From positions 95,728,001-95,792,000 of the forward strand of contig OZ024741.1 in NCBI GenBank assembly GCA_964016885.1: a stretch of DNA of 64,000 nucleotides, in the 5' to 3' direction. Position numbers and translations under genes: made by a program. The notes beneath the pieces are model-generated. The model was not told the origin of the DNA. It did no database searches and worked only from the letters and a program-made list of their open reading frames with translations. This DNA comes from Eledone cirrhosa (lineage: Eukaryota). Positions 54,223 to 64,000 of this stretch are shown piece by piece (position 1 is the stretch's first letter; each line of letters begins with the position of its first letter).

Positions 54223-54548
54223 TATACATATATATACGATTATGTATATATATATATATATATTTGTATTTTTCTTCATACATACAAACATACAACAAAT
54301 AGATAAGTAGAATAAATATAGTTCATTCATAAATAAATAATACAAATAGAGAAATATATGTAGGAAGTTTGAAACCATAAATGTATGTATGATAAACTGA
54401 TCGGTTCAACAAGTAGGATGAGACAGACAAGTCTATATTTATGTAATTATAGACATGAAATATTTATTTCATCCTACATACCTACCATAAAGACATACAA
54501 GCATAGATAGATATAATCATTTATATATAAATACATAAATACACATAT

Positions 54549-54738
<190 letters not shown>

Positions 54739-54740
54739 AT

Positions 54741-57580
54741 GGAATACATAGACAAGGACCCGGATACTGGAAGCTGAACGTGTCGTTTCCGACAAGAAAA
54801 TCCTACAGTGAACGGATAAGTAGATTAGTTAAGCAAGAGTTGACGGGAGCCATCGTCAACAATAGATGGTGGTACTCTCTCAAGAGAGCAATTAGAGTAG
54901 AATCGATAGAGTTTAGCTTTAGAGAAAAACAAATCAGAAACAGAACTAGTAGCCAAGGTAGAGGAGACGCTTAGGAGTGGCAACGCAGCTAGAGTGCTGG
55001 CATCGAGGACGGCACTGGACCAGTTCTTCGAGGCGAAATACGAAGGCTGCGTGGTCAGAAGTAAATCACCTGCTCTAGGAAACGAGGGAGCAAAAGCTGT
55101 TGGCTGGGCCCGAGTGGCGGAAGCGAAAAGTGCCAACAAGTCCACGATTCGGTCTTTCAAAGGCCAAAACGGACGCGTGCTACTTGACCCCAGGCAGATG
55201 TGCGCGGCCTTTCAGCGGAACTTTGCGCGACTGTTTGAGCAGAACGACAGTGCACTGAACGGGGCAATGGACTTTGGATACATATCTCGACGGCCTGCCG
55301 CGTCTCTCGAGCATGGACGCCGAGTTCTGCGAACGACTGATCACAGTCACTGAGATGCGGGACGCTCTGGGCCACTGCGGGAAACACAAATCACCCGGTC
55401 TAGATGGTCTACCCTATGAGTTATACATAGGTATGCCGGACTCGAAGCGGTCTACTGCAATTGGCAGCAGAACGGGACAATTCTCAGTTCTGCAGGCAAG
55501 GGCGTATTAGCGCTGATCAGGGGGACGAAATAATCAATTTCAGGCCCATAACTCTGCTCAACACAGAGTTAAAGATTTTGGCCAAGGTACTAGCACGAGG
55601 CTGGCGCTTGTCGTCGAAAACCTGGTAGGGAAAGCGCAAACGTGTGCAATCCCGACCAGGTCCATACACGACAACCTCCACCTCATGCGATACATCATAG
55701 AGAGGGTGGACTGTAAACCCGGCTTCGGTGGGGCTCTGATCAATTTAGATCAGTCTAAGGCATTCGATAGGGTCGACCATCGATACTTGGAAGCGGTTCT
55801 CAAGGAGGACGGTTTCGGCCCCGTTTTCAGAGGCTGGATCAAGGCGATGCACACCAGCATCTGCTCGAAGGTCAAGGTGAACGGCTACCTATCGGAGCCG
55901 TTCGCAATCACGCGTTCCATTCGACAGGGATGCCCTCTCTCCTCCATTCTGTACGTATTGACTCTAGAGCCACTACTGCGGAATTTGGAGCTTTTGCAAG
56001 GCATCCCCTTAGAACCGGGACTGAGAAAAGCGGCGTGACGGTAGTGGTGTCGAAAACCTCGGAAATCGAGGTAATCGGCAACCTACTACAGGAATACGAA
56101 AGGTTCACAGGAGCAAAAATGAACCCGGAGAAGTCTGTCGGTTTGCAACTCAGAACGTGGAGAGGCAAACCGATGCCGTCCGATAGCGTCGTCGGACGCT
56201 GGCCGGAAGGACCGGTGAAATCGCTCGGGGTCTGGTTCGGTTCAGACCTCCAGGTGGAGAAAAACTGGAACGAGATCATGGCCAAGGTATTTGCGCTCAC
56301 CCAGAAGTGGGCAGAGTGCAAACTGTCTTTGAAAGGTCGAGCGGAGGTGGCGAACACTTTCATAGCGTCCGTCATCTACTACTGCCTGACTGTCGTGCCT
56401 TGTCCCCGTGAATACCTCACCAAGATGGAACGCATGCTCTTCCAGTTCCTGTGGAAGAAGCAGGTTCCACTGGTGAGGAGATCCGTCTGCTGTCAACACC
56501 CTCCCAAAGGAGGGCTGGGCATGCCGTGGCTAATGATGCACAAACATGCGCTGAGGCTACGGCATCTCCAGGTATTCCTCACTGACCAACCGATGTGGGC
56601 ACCGTTTGTGAGACAGGCCTTCCCACAACTATCTCGCTGACGGAGCTGCAGTCCTGGGTCAAGCGAAGACCGAAGAAGATGGGCGCCTGGCACATTGAAT
56701 GCACCCAGGCGCTCACAGTCCTCTATCAAGCGGGCACAGCAATCAGTGGAGACTCCACTTCGACATTCTATAGAGGGTTAGTACTTTACAAGTACGACAA
56801 CGTGCTCGGGGACAACCTATGGACAACTTCCAGAGGTCTCTGACCTGGCAGTACTACCGAGGAGCTCTACCCGTTCGAGACAAGATCTACAGACACGGAC
56901 GCCCCGGCAGGGATCCTTCCAAGGGGATGTGTCCAAGATACGAGCAGGACATTGAAACCGTCTTGCATGCAATTGTACACTGCCCGGGCGTAAGCGACCT
57001 GTGGGACTATGCAGAACAACTGCTGTCGCGTATGGAACAAATCCAGTTGACTGTCGAGTCCATAGTAAGGATCAAACCACCAGCCTCTTTCAAAAACGAA
57101 AGAGAGGCGGTTTTCCTCTGTACAGTGTCTCTGGTGAAAGTGGTTATATGGTGGACGAGATTGAGAGGACTGAGGGCAGATACCTTTCTCTCCGGACAAC
57201 AATTGATTCCCTTCTTAAGTATCACTTTAGAAGGAAAATCAGAGTGGAGAGAGAGGCACTGCACCCCAGCAAATTTACTGAAAGGTGGGTGAATGAAGCG
57301 AAAATGGCCCGAGTGATTGGGCCTTCTCTGTTTATAAGCCTGTAGGTTAAAGAAGAGAGCAAAAGGAAGAAAGGAGCACTTGCACAACACACTGGTGAAG
57401 TTGAGGGTTGTTCTATCGACGGGGTATTAAACAACCCATTTGTGGCGCCTCCCCACTATTGGGGATTTCGATTGTTATAATTGTTTGTTTCAATATTTTT
57501 ACACGACTGTATGTAAAATCCCCGGCATGTGTCTTTGTATCGTCCCCTTTTCTTGTGCGCCCTTGTGGCAAATAAAGAAA
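54741..57580 (+). mobile_element. Tx1-clade copy G, 5'-truncated, older and more degenerate subfamily
   Basis: ORF2 fragments HRQGPGYWK through VIGPSLFISL in many frames with small deletions (YADD region removed ~56035). 16-bp TSD ATCTATCTATCTATAT at 54725-54740 and 57580-57595. Confidence 0.92.
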
Positions 57581-57804
57581 TCTATCTATCTATATAGTTT
57601 ATTGAGTAGTTTTGTGGTTTACTTGAGGTGGTACCAACATTAGCACATGATTCTGAAGCAGAATGTATATATTAGAATAACATGACGGAGGTTCGTATGA
57701 ATGTTTTATAACACAAATAGGAACCTTGAGCCAACTATCTGTGAAACGTTCGTAATTGGGTTTAATTGATAAAAACATGTATGTGAAAATTCGTCATGTT
57801 ATCC

Positions 57805-57868
<64 letters not shown>

Positions 57869-58060
57869 TAAACGGAATAGAAAATGCTGACAAATTGTTC
57901 ACAGTTGAAAAATGGTTTAATTAGGAATAAAAGAGTATTAGTGATTGTATGGGTTAGTATTCAGTTGTGGTTTTAAGTTTTTAAGTTTTTACCGGTTGCG
58001 CATTTCTAAATGCTTTTCAAAAATAATTTTGAGATAGAGTGTCCGTGCTGTTTGCTCTGA

Positions 58061-58119
<59 letters not shown>

Positions 58120-58329
58120 GGATACTATTTATGGTTATGTATATACTAAAACTTTTTATAGTATACATAATGAATTTTATATGAATTTTCTCTCTCTATA
58201 TATATATATTAGTATTAGTGCTCTGAAATAGCGATGTATACATGAATATGTGTATAGAATATTTAGCAATATACTGTATGTTTAATTAAAAACATTTAGA
58301 AGACCATTCGGTATCAGTTTTAAAGTAGT

Positions 58330-58388
<59 letters not shown>

Positions 58389-58516
58389 TATATAGATATA
58401 TATGAGTGAATGGTTATAAATTTCACCATGTAATTATTTCAATTTCAGGTGAAAAACAAACTTGGAAATATACACACATACACACATAATTGCATGCATA
58501 CAACGACGATATCTCT

Positions 58517-58600
<84 letters not shown>

Positions 58601-59020
58601 TCTCTCTCTCTCATTTGATAATATATATACACCATTTCTTCTCCCAATTAGCATAATCAACCACACAAAAAACCAAGGAAATGGTGTATATATATTATCA
58701 AATGATTCTATGGACATACTTTATAGCATATTGCTCTGATTATTTAATTTATTAATTCATCATTGAGCCACATCGTGAATGGTTGCCAAAGCATATATAT
58801 ATAGTTTGTGTATATGTAAATCTTTATATTTGATAATCTCCCATAAGGTTGAGATGCAATTTGGACAATATTGGGCTGCGCTTTCTAGCAACCAGCCCAC
58901 TCTCCGTAAGGTACCAATCACATTTTTCTGACTTGACCACTGCCACGTCACAGTTCTTAGCTATTTTGAATTTGTTTCTGGCGGTGATCATTTAAGAAAA
59001 ATCTTTGTCCAAGTGAGTTT

Positions 59021-59101
59021 GTTTCCTGATGAGTTCGAAGCTCGAGAATTTATCCATGATTGTATATTTCCGAAAGCGAACGACACCCTAAGGGTAGAAA
59101 C
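59021..59101 (+). ncRNA. Hammerhead-like motif, family H3 (GAAA>GACA)
   Basis: GTTTC CTGATGA GTTCG...CGAAC GAC ACCCTAAGGGT A GAAAC. All three stems pair and differ compensatorily from the 20055-20142 copy. Confidence 0.68.
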
Positions 59102-59394
59102 GTAATCCTGGTATGTGTATATGCATTTTTTCTTCTAACTTTAATTTTATACCTAATTGTGTATGATTGACGGTATATTTAATCGATTTCCACGTGCTAT
59201 TGAAATGTTGGGTAAATATTCTATAGCGGTTGATCGCGAATAGATTGCTGTCGTTTATTTATCTACTATTTCTTCATAGGTGCCTTTTAATCTTATAGCC
59301 TGGTTTAATTGGTTTTTTGTGTGGTTGATTATGCTAATTGGGAGAGGAAATGGTGTATATATATTATCAAATGATTCTATGGACATACTTTATA

Positions 59395-59484
<90 letters not shown>

Positions 59485-59493
59485 GTATATATG

Positions 59494-60100
59494 TCAGGTC
59501 ACCAGTTGGTACTACTAGTAACATGTATCCCAGTACAACCTGTCTCATGGTCGGGTCGTTGGCGACTAAACTTGCAACCCCACCAAGGTTTCTTGGTGAG
59601 GAGGGTGACTTTGGACATCCTGCAGGACTAAAAACAAAACCTGTCAAAGGGCAAAGGAGCTTTGAAGAGTCAATGGCCTTCCAAAATCACCGGGAGAGAT
59701 GACTCCTTAGCCTTTGTCAAGGTCGAATTCTAGGAGAAGGAAAACTCTGATATAACACCTACAACCCTGATGGTATCCAATGATGTTGACTTGTTCTTCT
59801 TTTTGGTAAATATCATCTTGGTTAAGAGAGTGGGACTGGCTTTGTGCAGTGCCTTTGCTCACTATAAAAGCTTCACAGCACAGGCATTGCTTTATATCTG
59901 GAGATCTCTCTGCACTTGTCATCACATGGTACCATGGGCCCAGCACTATGTGTCAATAATTGTCACAAGTGTAGTGTTTGTACCAGAGTTTTCAAGTCGC
60001 TGGCTGGACTAAAAAGTCACACTTGTTCAGCGCATCGGTAGGGGCTCTCCTACATGGATATAAAGTAGTGGCCGTACTCGAAAACGAGTTGGCAGTCACC
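59494..60100 (+). mobile_element. RTE-derived non-autonomous element, longer copy with (TATG)n tail
   Basis: ORF 59770-60012 is almost identical to 1686-1928; followed by a long (TATG)n tract at 60101-60183. Confidence 0.72.
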
Positions 60101-60184
60101 ATGTATGTATGTATGTATGTATGTATGTATGTATGTATGTATGTATGTATGTATGTATGTATGTATGTATGTATGTATGTATGC

Positions 60185-60650
60185 AGTCCTACACCGTAAC
60201 CCGTCTTCGGTGATCTTGGTACCTAGCTATTTGAAGTCATTAGTTAATGACTTCAAATAGCTAGGTACCAAGTCTTGGCCTATTGACAGTGATTCTGGTG
60301 TTAGTCGTGTCTTTGCTGTAAGTCATGACTTGTGTCTTCTCGGTGCTGATATCCATTCCGTCTCTGGTGGTGGTTTCGTCTAGGTGGTATACTAAACTGA
60401 CGAGTTCCCTTTTGTTACTTGCTAGTTCATAGATGTCATTAGCCAATCTTAAGTTGCTGATGTTGCAATCTCCAGCGCTGACGGTGCTAATGTGCCCTTC
60501 CCTTTAAGGGTCTCAGCTATTATGTGTTCCCAGAATGCGCCGAGGAGTGTTTATGACAGGAGACGTCCCTACTGAAATCTGATCTGTGCATTAAACCACT
60601 CCTTTATTTTGGCCAGAACGAGAACCACGCTAACTCATTTCTCTTACAGC
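60185..60650 (-). mobile_element. RTE-clade reverse transcriptase fragment
   Basis: NISNLRLANDIYELA (NLRFADDI-like), GMDISTEKTQVM, and downstream FK*LGTKITEDG. Confidence 0.75.
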
Positions 60651-60821
60651 TAGCGGGATAATGTCGTACTAACAAGAAATAAAACAAAAGTAATTATAAC
60701 TGTGTATGTGTTATGAATGGTTATAAATTTCACCATGTAATTATTCCGATTTAAGATCTCAGGAAAAAAAGAAATAGTTTGGAAATATACACACATGCGC
60801 ATATAATTGCATACATACAAC

Positions 60822-60878
<57 letters not shown>

Positions 60879-61324
60879 ACACACACAAACACATGCACTC
60901 ACACACCCACGCACTTTCATGATGCGGCAGCACTTTACTCGAAATATATTTGTAGAGAAACACATTCTCAGAAAAATAAAATATAATCGAAACTCGGTGC
61001 CGACAATTTTTTTTTCCAAATAGCTTTTGTAATTTTGACATAAGAACAAATTATTTTTTAAATGAAATATATTTTCAATTCATTTTCAGATTACGTGCAT
61101 TTTTTTAATAAGAAGATAAATGTAAATAGAAAGACATTGAAAATTAATCTCGACAGATGTCTTTAGGGGTGTGTGTGAAACAGAACAAACATTTTAATAT
61201 TTTTATTTCTTTACTGGTAATGACAATAATGACTTTTAACGTAAGCATATAAACACAAAATCTATTGGTACAATTTATTTGATTAAATCTTCACAATAAT
61301 TTGACTGGAACTTATCTTACAGTA

Positions 61325-61918
61325 CCATAAATAATGATTTCTACTATAAGCACAAGGCCAGCAATTTTGGGGAGAGGGGAAATCTATTGAATCAACCCCA
61401 GTGCATTACTGGTGCTTTATTTTATCGACCCCGTAAGAATGAAAGGCAAAGGTAACCTCGACGGGATTTGAACTCAGAAGGTAAAGGGCCGTAACTCTAT
61501 GCCGCGAAGCAGGGTGTCTGACGTTCTAACGATACTGCCAATCCACCGCCCTATAATCTCATAAATAATGATTTCTACTATAGGCAGAAGGCCAGAAATT
61601 TGGGAGGAGAAAGTCGATTAAATCGACCCCAGTGCATTACTGATGCTTTATTCTATCAACCCCGTAAAAATGAAAGGTAAAAACTATCCTCGGAAGTATT
61701 TGAACTCAGACCGTAAAGGGCCGTAACTCCACGCTGAAAAGCCTGGTGTCCGACGCTTTACCAATACTGCTAATCCATCGCCCTTTATAGTCCCATAAAT
61801 AATTGTTTCTACTTTTGGCACTAGGCCAGCTATTACCCCACCGCATTACTGGTACTTTATTTTGTCGACTCCGTAAGGATGAAAGGCAAAGTTAACCTCG
61901 ACGGGATTTGAACTCAGT
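61325..61918 (-). mobile_element. Head-to-tail array of ~three units of the same SINE family
   Basis: Reverse complement of the 33143-34040 unit repeated (ATGAAAGGCAAAG..AACCTCGACGGGATTTGAACTCAG). Solitary degraded copies at ~3835, 5350, 34680, 35950, 51490 and 63030. Confidence 0.85.
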
Positions 61919-61922
61919 CAGA

Positions 61923-61965
<43 letters not shown>

Positions 61966-63704
61966 AGTTTGACACAATATACATCCGTATCTTTGCGCTA
62001 GTACATACGAGGAAAAAGTACTCAATACCAAAGTAGAGAGTATATATATTTTCTATATTAGTGAGATTACTGTCTATTTCACCAGTTCCCGCTGATCACG
62101 TAGCTAGAAATAACTTTTTTACACGACACAGAATATATGAGAAATATAATGGGTGTAACTGATAAAATAAACTAGACATAGAGTTTTTTTTAAAACCAAA
62201 AAAATACCTTTAGCCAATGAATGTTGAGATATGAAAGTAATTGATAATGAAAAATTGTTGCCGTAAAGTCTTAATGTCAATGCCATAGTTTACACCGAGA
62301 CACTAAACATGGTTGTAAAGACCTGGTTCGAAGAGGATGGCGTGGAGGAGGGGCGTCGTTAGTGGGAGGCTGTAAGTATTCCATCAAAATTCTTCTCACT
62401 CCCATACAGCTTACAGGACGCTGGAGTAGCTGGCCAAAATGTTTACGATCATTTGACCTCTAATAATTGGTTTCCTAGCACTCCTGGGCTACTACGTCAC
62501 AGCCAAGGACTCATTGAAGACTGTCATCGGATCCCTATAGACACATCTTATGCCACTTCAAAGTCGTTATTAAAGAGGTACGTAGTTTTATCGAGTAGTC
62601 TTTTGTAATATATATATCTAGGAATATAGCTACTAAATTCTGCAAAACTATATTGTTTTTATTTTAAATTTATACAGTATACGCGAATAAAAATGTTGTT
62701 CTCAAAAAGGTGGCGCACATTGTGTGTGTATGTATGTATGTATGTATGTATGTATGTATGTATGTATGTATGTATGTATGTATGTATGTATGTATGTGTG
62801 TGTATGTATGTGTGTGTATGTATGTATGTCTAAATAGAAAGAAAGGGGCAGATGACATATCGACCAGTATTTGACTGGTACTTTACACTGGGTTATAAAA
62901 AAGTTTTTTTTTGTAAATCGTTTAAGATTTTTCAACTGATTTAGGACAATTTTACACCGCTGAATCCGAAAATGACATCCGTTTCTCTTGATCAGGTCAG
63001 GGTTTTGAGCTAAGTCAATTTATAATACTTATTTATCGATCACGAGAGAATGAAAAGCAAAATTGACCTAAGCATGATTGGAACTCAGAAGGTAGTAAAC
63101 CGGAACCTCTGCAGCTATACAGGCAGATTTTCAGAACAGATTAAGAAACTTTCATGAAAAGACAGAACACATTTGCACATGAAATGTAGAATACGAGGAC
63201 AAAACTAACACACATACACATGCATACATACATACACATGCATACATATACACATGTGCATATATATATACATATATACATACGCATACATATACATATT
63301 TACACATATGCAAACATATTTACACATATCTTCATATACATACACACATGCATATATATTTACACAAATACATACACTCAAACACGTATATATCTAAACA
63401 TATACATACATACTCATATACACACATGTACATGCGTATATACATACAGACACAATAACAAAGAAACGAAATTAAAAATAATATAGTGTAACTGATAAAA
63501 AAAAATTCATAAAAAAGCCAAGTTGAAAAGGAAATCTATGAGAATGGAATGTTTTTTTTAAGAGTAAAAAGTCTATAAAAATGAATATAAATAATAAACC
63601 TTACAGCTGAATTGTAATTTATTTATTGAGAATGACTGTGATGTGTTTTGTGTACCTGTGTATATCTTTCAATGGAGTTGGAATTGCGAATATAGATGAA
63701 TGCT

Positions 63705-63923
<219 letters not shown>

Positions 63924-64000
63924 AAATTTCCATATGTATCATATAGGTGTCCATTCCGTTTTGGCGGCTGACGGGTGAAGAGAATGTTGTTTCTGTCCAC

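Noticed and set aside
59494-59580. Possible HDV-like ribozyme at the RTE-derived 5' end (ACC-tgtctcat-GGT, GTCG-ttgg-CGAC-TAAA)
   Set aside because: P3- and P4-like pieces are present but no convincing P1/P2 by eye; needs a descriptor search.

Overview
Eukaryotic, AT-rich, microsatellite-saturated non-coding DNA. The repeat inventory (tRNA-SINEs, RTE, Penelope-type motifs, very long TA/CA/TATG tracts) suggests a cephalopod such as Octopus; this is inference. No host gene can be supported, and most ORF-track entries are microsatellite read-through. The dominant feature is eight copies of an L1/Tx1-clade non-LTR retrotransposon family (CCHC ORF1; APE-RT-CCHC ORF2). All eight are on the + strand, inside (TATC)n tracts, at three loci (6.2-13.9 kb, 40.1-50.5 kb, 54.7-57.6 kb), two of which are head-to-tail arrays. 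The copies show 16-18 bp TSDs, 4-5 distinct 3'UTR types with a covarying hairpin fold, and a conserved GAG|GTAAGT motif at the ORF1/ORF2 junction. A second layer is a set of Penelope-type minimal hammerhead ribozyme motifs from several families, supported by covariation between copies, many inside fold-back palindromes whose axis falls in the ribozyme stem II loop. Also present: RTE and CRE-like LINE fragments, an RTE-derived non-autonomous element with (TATG)n ends, tandem SINE arrays, a Tc1/mariner remnant and a MITE. Coordinates were read by eye and ends may be off by a few bases.
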